Positions 38,829 to 49,500 of a DNA stretch of 64,000 nucleotides are shown piece by piece. Made by a program: the position numbers and the translations under genes. Location of the stretch: contig WLHB01000001.1 in the NCBI GenBank assembly GCA_009702965.1, positions 30,788 to 94,787 of the forward strand, in the 5' to 3' direction. A model generated the notes under the pieces. The model saw only the letters and a program-made list of their open reading frames with translations, did not search any database and was not told the DNA's origin. Source of the DNA: Actinomycetota bacterium (GTDB lineage Bacteria > Actinomycetota > Actinomycetes > Nanopelagicales > Nanopelagicaceae). How positions within the stretch are numbered: the stretch's first letter is position 1; every line of letters starts with the position of its first letter.

Positions 38829-39494
38829 GTGAACTTTAGATTTACAGAAAACACCGGTGGTAATTCCACCGGTGTTTTTCTCTCCCGCAATCTTGCTCTT
38901 CATGTAAGCGATCAGCCAGAGATTGTTGGATCTAACCGCAGGTCGCTCAGTGATGAAATTGGTTTGCCTATTCAGTTTATGGAGCAGGTTCACGGTGATC
39001 ACATTGAAGTCATCAATGAGTTCACCCAGTCGTCTCCGACCGCCGACGCTCTTGTTACCTCCAATCCACAGATGGCGCTAGCGGTGATGGTTGCAGATTG
39101 CATTCCACTGCTTCTTGCAAATCAGGGAAGCATTGCCGCGGTTCATGTGGGTAGACAAGGTTTACTTAATGGAGTGTGGCACAGGGCAATCGTCAAGATG
39201 CGCGAGTTGGATTCATCACCTATCAGCGCTGTCATTGGTCCTTCGATTTGTGGCAGGTGTTATGAAGTTTCGCCAGAGATTTTTGCCGAAGTTACCCAAC
39301 TTTTCCCACGAGCAGCGGCAGAGACAATTCAGGGAACACCATCACTAGATCTTGCAACCGCACTTACTTTTGAATTAGAGAAGATCGAGATTGAGGTTCT
39401 TACAATCGCTCGATGCACAGTGGAGGATTCGTCACTCTATTCTTATCGTCGAGATGGGGTAACAGGTCGACAAGCGGGTGTGATTTGGATATGA
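38829..39494 (+). CDS. pgeF: Peptidoglycan editing factor / polyphenol oxidase-like (YfiH/PgeF)
   Basis: MEQVHG, ADC, VHVGRQG, GPSIC..CYEV and YSYRR...GR motifs. Confidence 0.92.
   Translation: MNFRFTENTGGNSTGVFLSRNLALHVSDQPEIVGSNRRSLSDEIGLPIQFMEQVHGDHIEVINEFTQSSPTADALVTSNPQMALAVMVADCIPLLLANQGSIAAVHVGRQGLLNGVWHRAIVKMRELDSSPISAVIGPSICGRCYEVSPEIFAEVTQLFPRAAAETIQGTPSLDLATALTFELEKIEIEVLTIARCTVEDSSLYSYRRDGVTGRQAGVIWI
38848..38880 (+). terminator. Hairpin plus U-tract inside the 5' end of pgeF
   Basis: AAAACACCGGTGG-TAATT-CCACCGGTGTTTT, a perfect 13-bp inverted repeat. Confidence 0.55.
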
Positions 39495-40186
39495 GCGATC
39501 AAGAGCGAGTGAAGGAGATCTCTAGCGCCCTCGCCGATGTTGAATCTCGCATTGCTCACGCCTGTCTTTTGGCGAACAGGGCGAGAGAGGATGTGAAGTT
39601 AATAGCAGTGACGAAGACTCATCCGATCCGCGATGTTGAAATCCTTCACTCGTTAGGTATACGAGATTTCGGTGAAAATCGAGATGCAGAGGGTGTCGAA
39701 AAGTCTGTCGCCGTCACGGGAAGCTGGCATTACCAAGGGCAGATACAGAGCAAAAAGATCGGATCGTTGGCGCGCTGGGCCCAGGTAGTTCATTCATTGG
39801 ATGATCTTTCTCATCTCCAAAAGTTTGATCGCGCACTGGATGTGATTGGTGATAAGACTCTTGAAATTTTCATACAAGTCTCCCTCGATGGGGATCCTTC
39901 TAGGGCCGGAATCACAGATGACGAGGTGCTCAGGGCCTGCCAATTAGTGGTTAATTCTTCGCATCTGAAATTGATGGGTGTGATGACCGTACCTCCAGTT
40001 GAGGCAGATCCTGGAGAATCATTTTCTACAATTGCAGCGATCGCCGACCGCGTACAACGCGATTTCCCGCAGGCGAAATACATCTCTGCGGGAATGAGTG
40101 GGGATTTTGAAGTAGCTATCGCCTATGGCGCGACACACATTCGAATCGGTAGCCAAATACTGGGATCGAGAAGGCTAGCGCCATAA
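39491..40186 (+). CDS. yggS: PLP homeostasis protein (YggS/PipY)
   Basis: LIAVTKT, FGEN, WHYQGQIQSKK and SAGMSGDF..AI..GAT.IRIG motifs; ATGA overlap with pgeF. Confidence 0.93.
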   Translation: MSDQERVKEISSALADVESRIAHACLLANRAREDVKLIAVTKTHPIRDVEILHSLGIRDFGENRDAEGVEKSVAVTGSWHYQGQIQSKKIGSLARWAQVVHSLDDLSHLQKFDRALDVIGDKTLEIFIQVSLDGDPSRAGITDDEVLRACQLVVNSSHLKLMGVMTVPPVEADPGESFSTIAAIADRVQRDFPQAKYISAGMSGDFEVAIAYGATHIRIGSQILGSRRLAP

Positions 40187-40195
40187 AATAGAGCC

Positions 40196-40681
40196 ATGTC
40201 AGCACTTAATAAAGTCATGGAATATCTCGGCCTCGTAGATGGCCCAGTCGGTGCTACTGGAACTGACGAAGAGAAGGTTATTAAGAAAACCGTTCGAGAA
40301 GTGCGTCCGGTATCAGTTGTTAACTCTAATCAAAACGCAGGAGTGACAATTATTGGTGGAAGCCAGTCGGTTCAGGAGGAAGCAACTCTTGATATGGAAC
40401 CTTCATACAACATCATTACATTGCATCCTCGCTCCTACTCTGAGGTGCGTCAAGTGGGAGAGCATTACCGCCAAGGAAATCCCGTCATCATCAACCTCGA
40501 TGACATGGATGAATCTGAAAGAAAGCGCCTCGTTGATTTTGCAAGTGGACTTGCCTTTGGATTACAGGGTGGCATCGAAAGAATTGCTAGCCGAGTGTTT
40601 TTGATTTCACCTGCCAACGTCAAGGTTCGCACTGAAGATAAAGCAGCGTTCGCTCAGGCAAGTTTCTTTAACCAGAGCTAA
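40196..40681 (+). CDS. sepF: Cell division protein SepF
   Basis: N-terminal amphipathic helix; P.SY.E...GE.YR.G.PVI.NL and RLVDFASGL motifs. Confidence 0.93.
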   Translation: MSALNKVMEYLGLVDGPVGATGTDEEKVIKKTVREVRPVSVVNSNQNAGVTIIGGSQSVQEEATLDMEPSYNIITLHPRSYSEVRQVGEHYRQGNPVIINLDDMDESERKRLVDFASGLAFGLQGGIERIASRVFLISPANVKVRTEDKAAFAQASFFNQS

Positions 40682-40696
40682 CCCCAAGCAGAAGAT

Positions 40697-40984
40697 TTGC
40701 ACATGCTTCAATCGCTCTTACTCAATCTGCTCACATTTTTTAAGTGGGTTCTCTTTGCTCGTTTGATTATTGATTACATCAGAATGTTTGCGCGAAATTG
40801 GCGGCCAAATAGTTTCTTACTCGCAATTTTTGAGTTGATTTACTCGATTACCGATCCAGCAATGAAATTTGTTGGCCGTTTTATCCCGCCATTACGACTT
40901 GGCGGAGTTTCATTAGATCTCTCGTTCATTGTCATATTACTTGCCATTCAACTCGCGCAGCGAATGGTCATCGCACTTCTTTAA
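40697..40984 (+). CDS. yggT: YggT family membrane protein
   Basis: ITDP...RFIPPLRLGGVSLDLS motif. Confidence 0.9.
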   Translation: MHMLQSLLLNLLTFFKWVLFARLIIDYIRMFARNWRPNSFLLAIFELIYSITDPAMKFVGRFIPPLRLGGVSLDLSFIVILLAIQLAQRMVIALL

Positions 40985-43900
40985 TTCTTACTCAACACCG
41001 CAGCGATACCAAGATCATTCTCACCCTGATTTAGCGATTCATCCAGTACAAGTGTTGTTGCCAGAACTTCAGAACTGATAAATGAATGTTCTGAGACGAT
41101 CGCTGCGTGGGTCTGAGCGTTAGCGTTGTACTTCACATCAATTCGATCTGAAATCTCGAATCCATCTGACTTACGCTTCTCTTGAATAAATCTAATGACT
41201 TCACGGACAATTCCTGCCTGGATGAGCTCTGGAGTGAGAGTCAAATCAAGGGCGACCGATTCGCCATCGTGGCTTGCCACCATCCAGCCACTTCTAGGGA
41301 CTTCAGTGACAACAAGGTCGGCTAGGTCGATTATGAAAGTTCCTAGTTCGGTTGTCGAATTCTTACGTAAGGATTTAACGAGAGCGGTGGCATCTGCTGC
41401 TGCAACCAGTTTGGCAACCGTCTGAACTTCAGAGCCATATTTGGCACCGAGAGATTTGAAGTTAGCCTTAACTGAAACATCAACGAGATCGCCATCTGCA
41501 TCGGCAATGTCGGCAAGCTCTAGAACATTAAGTTCATCTGCGATCTGGTCCTTCATCTCTTGCGGAAGTCCATCCCAACCCGCTGCTGAGATGAGGGCCC
41601 GGCCAAGTGGCTGGCGAATTTTCACACCAGATTCGGCACGAGCAGCTCGTCCTTGCTCAACAACTCTGCGAGTCATGGCAACTTGTTCGCTCAACTTCCG
41701 ATTAATGAGAGCGCTTGATGAAGTTGGGAAATCACTCATGTGCACAGAAGAAATGAGGGAAGAATCTGCAGGAAGGATCAGCTCTTGCCACGCGTGCTCG
41801 GTAATAAATGGAACCATAGGGGCAAGTAATTGAGTCAGCGTTACTACACACTCGTGCAATGTGGTCAGTGCAGCAAGGTCACCATCCCAAAAACGACGAC
41901 GCGAGCGTCTGACATACCAGTTAGATAGATCATCAATAAATGTTGCAAGGACTCGACCTGCATGCTGGGAATCAAAATCTGTGTATGCCTTATCAACTTC
42001 CTCGATAAGAATATTTAATTCCGAGATAATCCAGTGATCCATGAGCGAGCGATCTGCATGTGCTGGAGCGGTTGCAAGATCAAATTTGGCAGCGTGTGCA
42101 TAGAGCGAGTGAAACGAAAGAGTATTCCAATAGGTAAGAAGTGTCTTTCGCACAACATCGCTGATGGCATCGTGACCCACACGTCGTGCTGACCAAGGTG
42201 ATCCTGCAGCGAGCATGTACCAGCGGACGGCGTCGGCTCCGTGTTGATCCATGAGTGCAATTGGTTCGAGAACGTTGCCAAGATGCTTACTCATCTTGCG
42301 ACCATCTTTATCAAGAATGTGTCCAAGGCAGAGCACGTTCTTATATGAGGATTGATCAAAGACCAGCGTGCCAATAGTCATGAGCGTGTAAAACCAGCCA
42401 CGTGTTTGATCGATTGCTTCACAGATAAAGTCCGCTGGATATGCGGCTTCAAACTTTTCCTTTGAGCCTTCTTTATGTGGATAGCCCCACTGCGCAAATG
42501 GCATAGCCCCTGAATCAAACCAACAGTCAATTACCTCAGGCACTCGCGTCATAGTCGACGAACATTGCGCGCAGTTAAAAGTAATGTCGTCCACGAATGG
42601 ACGATGGGGGTCGAGTTCCAGCAAATCAAGACCTGCTCGATCACCTAGTTCTTTGAGCGAAGCAACGCATTCTTCATGCTTGTTCTCACAACGCCAGATG
42701 GGAAGAGGCGTACCCCAGAATCGATTGCGCGAGAGCGCCCAATCAATATTGTTTTCAAGCCAGTCACCGTATCGACCAGTTTTAATTGTCTCTGGGTGCC
42801 AATTGGTCTTCTCATTCTCTCTGATAAGTGCATCTTTTATCGAGGTGGTTCGGATGTACCACGATGGTTGTGCGTAATAAATAAGAGCGGTGTGGCAACG
42901 CCAGCAGTGCGGATACTGGTGCTCGTACTGAAGGTGCTTGTAGAGAACACCACGAGATTTAAGTTCCTTCACCAATGGCTTATCTGCATCCTTGAAAAAG
43001 AGACCGCCTACAAGGGGAGTATCTGCAATGAAAGTTCCATCAGGTGCGATTGGATTAATTACCGGTAGACCATAGGCACGGCATACCTGTAAATCGTCTG
43101 CACCAAAGGCTGGCGCTTGGTGAACTAAGCCTGTTCCATCTTCAGTAGTGACATAGGTTGCAAGTACCACGAAATGTGAATCGGGAATATCAACAAAATC
43201 TAGAGGTCGCTTGTAGCTCACTCGTTCGAGAGTCGAGCCTTTAAACTCTTTAAGGATTTCAACTGTTCCAGTAAGGCTAGAGGTCAGTGCCTTTGCAACA
43301 ACAAGCACCTCGCTCGCATCTTCGTGGGTGACTTTTGCAGCAACGTAATCAACATCAGGATGAACAGCAATTGCAGTGTTAGAAACAAGTGTCCATGGAG
43401 TTGTGGTCCATACAAGGAGGGCTGCATTGAGATCAACGAGGTCTCCAGATGTGATTGGGAAACGGATAAACACTGAGGGGTCTGTGACAGTTTCATACCC
43501 TTGCGCCAACTCGTGATCGCTTAATCCAGTTCCACATCGCGGACAGTAGGGAGCGACGCGATGGTCTTGGACGAGAAGACCTTTCTTCCAAATTTCCTTA
43601 AGTGACCACCAGACGCTTTCAACATACTCTGGAGACATCGTCCAATACGCTTCGTCGAAATCAACCCAGAATCCCATGCGCTCGGTCATCGTTGTAAAGG
43701 CACCAACGTGACGCGTTACTGATTCGCGACACCGGTCATTGAATTCGGCAATTCCAAACTTTTCGATATCTCCCTTGCCAGAAAAGCCCAACTCTTTCTC
43801 GACTGCAATCTCAACGGGGAGGCCATGGCAATCCCAACCCGCTTTGCGAGTGACAAACTTCCCCTTCATTGTGTGAAAACGGGGAAAGACATCCTTAAAT

Positions 43901-44097
43901 ACTCGTGCCTCAATGTGGTGTGTTCCCGGCATTCCATTTGCAGTAGGCGGACCCTCATAGAAGGTCCACGGCTCTTGCCCTGCACGAGCCGACAAAGACC
44001 GTTCAAAGATCTTCTCATCGCCCCATAGATCGAGGATGGAACGCTCCATCGCGGGCAGATCAATCTGCGCAGGAAGAGGGCGAAATTGTGAACTCAT
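40981..44097 (-). CDS. ileS: Isoleucine--tRNA ligase (type 2)
   Basis: EGPPTANG, GWDCHGLP, WTTTPWTL, DWALSRNRFWGTP and KMSK; type-2 C-terminus. Confidence 0.97.
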   Translation of the reverse strand: MSSQFRPLPAQIDLPAMERSILDLWGDEKIFERSLSARAGQEPWTFYEGPPTANGMPGTHHIEARVFKDVFPRFHTMKGKFVTRKAGWDCHGLPVEIAVEKELGFSGKGDIEKFGIAEFNDRCRESVTRHVGAFTTMTERMGFWVDFDEAYWTMSPEYVESVWWSLKEIWKKGLLVQDHRVAPYCPRCGTGLSDHELAQGYETVTDPSVFIRFPITSGDLVDLNAALLVWTTTPWTLVSNTAIAVHPDVDYVAAKVTHEDASEVLVVAKALTSSLTGTVEILKEFKGSTLERVSYKRPLDFVDIPDSHFVVLATYVTTEDGTGLVHQAPAFGADDLQVCRAYGLPVINPIAPDGTFIADTPLVGGLFFKDADKPLVKELKSRGVLYKHLQYEHQYPHCWRCHTALIYYAQPSWYIRTTSIKDALIRENEKTNWHPETIKTGRYGDWLENNIDWALSRNRFWGTPLPIWRCENKHEECVASLKELGDRAGLDLLELDPHRPFVDDITFNCAQCSSTMTRVPEVIDCWFDSGAMPFAQWGYPHKEGSKEKFEAAYPADFICEAIDQTRGWFYTLMTIGTLVFDQSSYKNVLCLGHILDKDGRKMSKHLGNVLEPIALMDQHGADAVRWYMLAAGSPWSARRVGHDAISDVVRKTLLTYWNTLSFHSLYAHAAKFDLATAPAHADRSLMDHWIISELNILIEEVDKAYTDFDSQHAGRVLATFIDDLSNWYVRRSRRRFWDGDLAALTTLHECVVTLTQLLAPMVPFITEHAWQELILPADSSLISSVHMSDFPTSSSALINRKLSEQVAMTRRVVEQGRAARAESGVKIRQPLGRALISAAGWDGLPQEMKDQIADELNVLELADIADADGDLVDVSVKANFKSLGAKYGSEVQTVAKLVAAADATALVKSLRKNSTTELGTFIIDLADLVVTEVPRSGWMVASHDGESVALDLTLTPELIQAGIVREVIRFIQEKRKSDGFEISDRIDVKYNANAQTHAAIVSEHSFISSEVLATTLVLDESLNQGENDLGIAAVLSKN

Positions 44098-44234
44098 GAG
44101 GGTGGAGAGTCTAATGCAGGCGAGATCGGCGCTGGCTACGAGGGGCTCGAATCAACCCTTATTTCTCAACTATTCCCATCCAAGAGTGAGTGGCATATTT
44201 GGTAGAAGTGGGAAAAGCGCATAAGGTGCGCGGC

Positions 44235-45026
44235 GTGTCAGCAAAAAAGGTAGTGAAGAAGGCCGCCGCATCTGCTTCGAAAGCGAAGAAGAAGCCAGTG
44301 GCTAAGAAGGCTGCCGTAAAGAAGAACGCAGTGAAAAAGGCCGCTCCAAAGAAAGCTGCAAAGAAGGCTCCTGCAAAGAAAGCAGTAGCCCCTAAACCTT
44401 TAAAGAAGAGCGCACCAGTAAAAAAGAGCGCACCGGGTCGTCCATTTCCTGCAAAGGCAGGCAAGCCAACACTTACAGTTGATGAGAAATCACAGACGGT
44501 TTCAGTTGCAACGGTAGTTGCACCAGTTGCAGCGCCAGTGGTTGAAGAGCGCCGCTTGGTCATGCCACCTCCGGCGCGCCCAATCAAGAGTGGTAAAAAG
44601 GTTGCACCGCTCAAGCCAATTAAATCTGCACCTACGCCTGTGACTGCTGCTGCAGGTGAAGCTCCTTGGAGTGCGAGCGAACTTAAAGCAATTCGGGTTG
44701 AACTTTCTAAAGAACTCACTCGATTAAAGCATGAGCTAGAACTGATCGAAGCAGAGATGGAAGATTTGATTGCAGATTCTGGAGAAGGTGCTGGCGATGA
44801 TCAGGCTGATTCAGGAACAAAAACTTTCGAACGTGAACATGAGATGTCCCTGGTGATTAATGCTCGTGACATGGTTTTGCAGACTGAACGAGCACTTGTC
44901 CGCATTGATAATAAAAGTTACGGTAACTGCGAAGATTGTTCGAACCCAATCGGAAAAGAGCGCCTTCATGTATTTCCTCGTGCAACGCTCTGCATGATCT
45001 GTAAGCAGAAAGAAGAGCGGCGCTAA
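44235..45026 (+). CDS. DksA/TraR C4 zinc-finger protein with N-terminal Lys/Ala/Pro-rich histone-like tail
   Basis: AKK/PAKK repeats, coiled coil with DQAD, CEDC...CMIC; GTG 44235 follows TAAGGT by 7 nt. Confidence 0.9.
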   Translation: MSAKKVVKKAAASASKAKKKPVAKKAAVKKNAVKKAAPKKAAKKAPAKKAVAPKPLKKSAPVKKSAPGRPFPAKAGKPTLTVDEKSQTVSVATVVAPVAAPVVEERRLVMPPPARPIKSGKKVAPLKPIKSAPTPVTAAAGEAPWSASELKAIRVELSKELTRLKHELELIEAEMEDLIADSGEGAGDDQADSGTKTFEREHEMSLVINARDMVLQTERALVRIDNKSYGNCEDCSNPIGKERLHVFPRATLCMICKQKEERR

Positions 45027-45028
45027 TA

Positions 45029-45559
45029 GTGCCCTCGAAAGTGCCTTTCAATCTAGGTTTAACAAGGTTTGCATTTCACTGGCAACGCCTTTATCTCGTT
45101 GGCGCTTTGATCTGGGCAATCGATTTCACAACTAAGGTCTGGGCACTTGAATCGGTCAGCCCGGTAAAACCCACTCCTATCATCGGATCCTTCCTCCAAC
45201 TGCGACTTGTCTTTAATCCAGGCGCCGCCTTTAGCGTTGGCACAAATGTCACATTCATCTTTACGATTCTCTCAGGCGCTGCAGTTGCTGGTATTGCTTA
45301 CTATGCGATCAAGATCGATAACCGTTGGTGGTCAGTGGTTCTAGGGCTCGCTTTAGGTGGAATATTGGGAAACCTCACCGATCGAATCTTTCGCCAACCA
45401 TCACCTTTCAACGGCCATGTCATTGATTGGATTGAGTTACCGCGCTGGCCAGTCTTTAATATTGCAGATATGGCAATAGTGTGTGCAGCAGTTCTATCAG
45501 TAGTGTTGATCACTAAGGAGATTCCTCCTTTTGCCCCTGTGGGCGATCAGAAGAAGTAG
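45029..45559 (+). CDS. lspA: Signal peptidase II
   Basis: NPGAAF, GNLTDR, VIDW and FNIAD motifs. Confidence 0.95.
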   Translation: MPSKVPFNLGLTRFAFHWQRLYLVGALIWAIDFTTKVWALESVSPVKPTPIIGSFLQLRLVFNPGAAFSVGTNVTFIFTILSGAAVAGIAYYAIKIDNRWWSVVLGLALGGILGNLTDRIFRQPSPFNGHVIDWIELPRWPVFNIADMAIVCAAVLSVVLITKEIPPFAPVGDQKK

Positions 45560-45568
45560 GTGACGTAG

Positions 45569-46507
45569 ATGGCAAGAGAGTTGCGAATACTCAGCGTGCC
45601 AGAAGGCGTTGCTGGAGAGAGAATCGATAGCGCGCTGGTTCGAGTACTAGGTTTGTCGCGCTCTGCAATTGTTCGCCTCATTGATGATGGTGACATTACA
45701 TGTGGTGGGGTCGCTCTCGGAAAATCTGAACGAGTAAGCGCTGCTCAAGTAATTGAAGTTCTCCTTCCAGAACACATTGAGCGCGAAGCAATTCCGCTGA
45801 CACCTCTTGATGGACTTGAGATTGTCTATAACGATGACCATATTATTGTCATCAATAAACCTGTTGGGTGTGCAGCACATCCAAGTCCAGGCTGGCACGG
45901 TCCAACAGTCGTCGGCGCTCTTGCTGCTGCCGGATACACAATTTCAACTTCTGGTGCTGCAGAACGTGCAGGCATCGTGCATAGACTCGATGTGGGAACA
46001 AGTGGATTAATGGTTGTTGCAAAAACTGATAGAGCTTTTACCGTTCTTAAGGAAGCTTTTCGATCTCGTAGCGTAAAGAAGACGTATCACGCGATGATTC
46101 AGGGACATATAGATCCACCGACAGGAACAATTGATGCACCGATTGATCGACACCCTAAAGTCGATCATCGCTTTGCAGTTGTTGCTGATGGAAAAGAGAG
46201 CATCACCCACTATGAACTCATTGAGTATTACCGTGGCGTGACAATGGTTCAGGTCGAACTTGAAACGGGAAGAACTCATCAGATTCGAGTTCACATGAGC
46301 GCTCTTAATCACCCGCTGGTTGGAGATACGACTTATGGCGCTGACCCTGTTCTTGCCAAATCTCTGCAGATGACCCGGCCTTGGCTGCACGCTAAAGAGC
46401 TCGCCTTTGCTCACCCGATTTCCGATCAAGGGATGAAATTCACGGTCGAGTACCCCGAGGACCTTCAGGCGTGCTTGGCGTTGCTATCCGATGCTGTGAT
46501 TCCGTAA
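45569..46507 (+). CDS. rluD: RluA/RluD family pseudouridine synthase
   Basis: S4 domain, NKP, GIVHRLD..TSG and TGRTHQIRVH motifs. Confidence 0.92.
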   Translation: MARELRILSVPEGVAGERIDSALVRVLGLSRSAIVRLIDDGDITCGGVALGKSERVSAAQVIEVLLPEHIEREAIPLTPLDGLEIVYNDDHIIVINKPVGCAAHPSPGWHGPTVVGALAAAGYTISTSGAAERAGIVHRLDVGTSGLMVVAKTDRAFTVLKEAFRSRSVKKTYHAMIQGHIDPPTGTIDAPIDRHPKVDHRFAVVADGKESITHYELIEYYRGVTMVQVELETGRTHQIRVHMSALNHPLVGDTTYGADPVLAKSLQMTRPWLHAKELAFAHPISDQGMKFTVEYPEDLQACLALLSDAVIP

Positions 46508-46526
46508 GTGCTAATTTAGCCAGCCT

Positions 46527-49500
46527 ATGTCCAGTACATCTTCAGACTCATTCGCACACCTGCACGTCCATACCGAGTACTCAATGCTCGATGGCGCGGC
46601 TCGTGTTGCAGATTTAGTAGCTGAAGTCGCGCGACAAGAAATGCCCGCGATCGCAATGACAGATCACGGAAATGTTTTTGGTGCCTTTGATTTTTATAAG
46701 CAGGCGACCAATGTTGGCGTCAAACCAATTATCGGAATTGAAGCCTACGTCGCCCCCGAATCTCGTCATGAAAAGAAGCGAGTGCAGTGGGCCAGCGGAG
46801 GAGATGACGATGTCTCAGGCGGTGGCGCATATACCCATATGACAATTCTGGCTGAGAATAATCAAGGTCTAGCAAATCTCTTTCGACTCTCATCCCTTGC
46901 CTCCCTTGAGGGGTACTACTACAAGCCACGAATGGATCGAGAACTCCTTTCGCGCTATGCCGACAGCCTCATTGCAACGACAGGATGTCCTGGCGGAGAA
47001 ATACAGACGCGACTTCGCATGGGCAACTATCGCGAGGCGCTTCGAGCCGCGAGTGATTACAGGGATATCTTCGGAGCCAATAATTTCTATCTTGAGGTAA
47101 TGGATCACGGAATCGATATTGAAAATCGTGTCAGGACCGACCTGCTGAGATTAGGTAAAGAACTCAAACTTCCACTTCTTGCAACTAATGATCTTCACTA
47201 CACATTTGCTGAAGATGGCGCTGCGCACGAAGCGCTTCTCTGCGTTCAGTCTGGATCCACCCTTGCAGATCCAAAGAGATTCAAATTTGATAATCATGAG
47301 TTCTATGTAAAGACAGCCGCCCAGATGCGCGAGATCTTTAAAGATATCCCTGAATCATGCGATAACACCCTACTTGTCGCAGAACGTTGCAACGTTACCT
47401 TGCGCGAAGGTGAGAATCTTCTTCCGCGTTTTGAAGTGCCACAGGGAGAGAGCGAAGATTCATGGCTCCGTAAACTCTCACACGAAGGACTCATCTCACG
47501 TCTTGGTGATCGAGTGACACCGACACATGTGCAACGTCTTGATTACGAACTCGACGTCATGGCTAAGATGGGATTTCCGGGCTACTTCCTAGTCGTTGCA
47601 GATCTTTGTTCACACGCTCGCAGTGTTGGGATTCGAGTGGGCCCTGGAAGAGGTTCGGCAGCAGGTTCACTTGTTGCGTACGCACTTGGAATTACCGGAC
47701 TCGATCCACTCGAACACGGCCTTCTCTTTGAACGCTTTCTTAACCCTGAGCGAATCTCGATGCCAGATATTGATCTGGACTTTGACGAACGTCGTCGTTC
47801 AGAGATGATTCGTTATGCCACTGAGAAATATGGTGACGATCGTGTCGCGCAGATCATTACCTACGGCACAATTAAATCTAAGCAAGCACTTAAAGATGCA
47901 ACTCGCGTACTTGGCTATCCCTATGTAATCGGTGAAAAACTTACAAAGGCACTTCCACCATCAGTCATGGGTAAGGACATCACGTTAGGTGGAGTATTTG
48001 ATAAAGATGATCCTCGATATGGCGAGGCGGGAGAGTTTAGAACTCTCTACGAAACAGATGTCGACTCTAAACGCGTGGTCGACTTGGCCAAAGGGCTTGA
48101 AGGACTCAAGAGGCAGTGGGGAGTACATGCAGCAGGAGTGATTCTTTCGCGCGAACCGTTACTCGATGTCATTCCGATTCATCGTCGTGAAGCCGATGGA
48201 GCGATAATTACTCAATTCGATATGGGCGCTTGTGAAGCCACGGGCCTTCTTAAAATGGATTTCTTGGGGCTTCGAAATCTATCTGTCCTCGATGATGCGC
48301 TTGCGAATATCAAACTCAATCTGAACGTTGATGTCGTTCTTGAGGACCTTCCCCTTGCAGATAAGAAGACCTTTGAACTCTTGAGCCGCGGTGACACTCT
48401 TGGTGTGTTCCAGCTCGATGGTGGACCAATGCGCGCACTTCTTCGCAGCATGGCACCTGACTCTTTTGCCGATATCTCGGCAGTTATTGCTCTCTATCGC
48501 CCTGGACCAATGGGCGAGAATGCACACAATAACTATGCAGACCGAAAAAATGGTCGCAAACCTGTCGAAGCAATTCATCCAGAGCTGCGTGAGCCTCTTG
48601 CAGAGATTCTCGGTGATACCTATGGGCTCATTGTCTATCAAGAGCAGGTAATGGCTATTGCTCAAAAAGTGGCAGGTTTTTCACTCGGCCGCGCAGATCT
48701 CTTGCGAAAGGCGATGGGTAAGAAGAATAAAGAGATTCTAGATAAGGAGTACATTCCATTTGAAGCAGGAATGAAATCTAATGGCTTCGGTGATGCAGCA
48801 ATCAAGAGACTCTGGGAAGTTCTAATTCCATTCTCTGATTACGCATTCAATAGAGCGCACTCTGCTGGATATGGAGTTGTCTCGTTCTGGACTGCCTATC
48901 TGAAAGCAAACTATCCAACCGAATATATGGCCGCTCTATTAACTAGTGTTCGCGATGATAAAGATAAATCAGCGCTCTATCTCTCCGAGTGTCGTCGTAT
49001 GGGAATCAGTGTTCTGCCTCCAGATGTTAATGAATCCAACTCTGAATACACCCCTCGTGGTAAAGATATTCGTTTTGGCCTCGCCGCGATAAGAAATGTC
49101 GGTGAGGGAGTTGTTGCCTCGATCAAGAGTGCGCGCGAAAGCAAGGGTGCATTCACATCATTTGGAGATTTCTTAGCCAAGGTCGATGCTCAAGTGTGTA
49201 ACAAGAAAACAATTGAATCACTGATCAAAGCAGGAGCATTTGATGATTTAGGTCATCATCGTAAAGCTCTCGTTGCAGTTCATCTGACTGCAATTGATGC
49301 TGTTATAGAAAGCAAGCGCGCCGAAGCAATTGGTCAATTTGATCTCTTTGGAGATGAAGGCGGCTCACAGATGAGCGGTCTGGAAATCGAAATTCCTGAA
49401 GGCGAGTGGGATAAAGCAACTTTGCTCTCATTTGAAAGAGAGATGCTCGGTCTATATGTATCGGATCACCCACTTCTTGGGGTTGAACACATTCTGCGCT

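Noticed and set aside
38289-39002. 237-aa minus-strand ORF
   Set aside because: Antisense to ftsZ/pgeF, with no recognisable motifs
44159-44719. 186-aa minus-strand ORF rich in F/A
   Set aside because: Antisense shadow of the Lys/Ala-rich dksA-like gene
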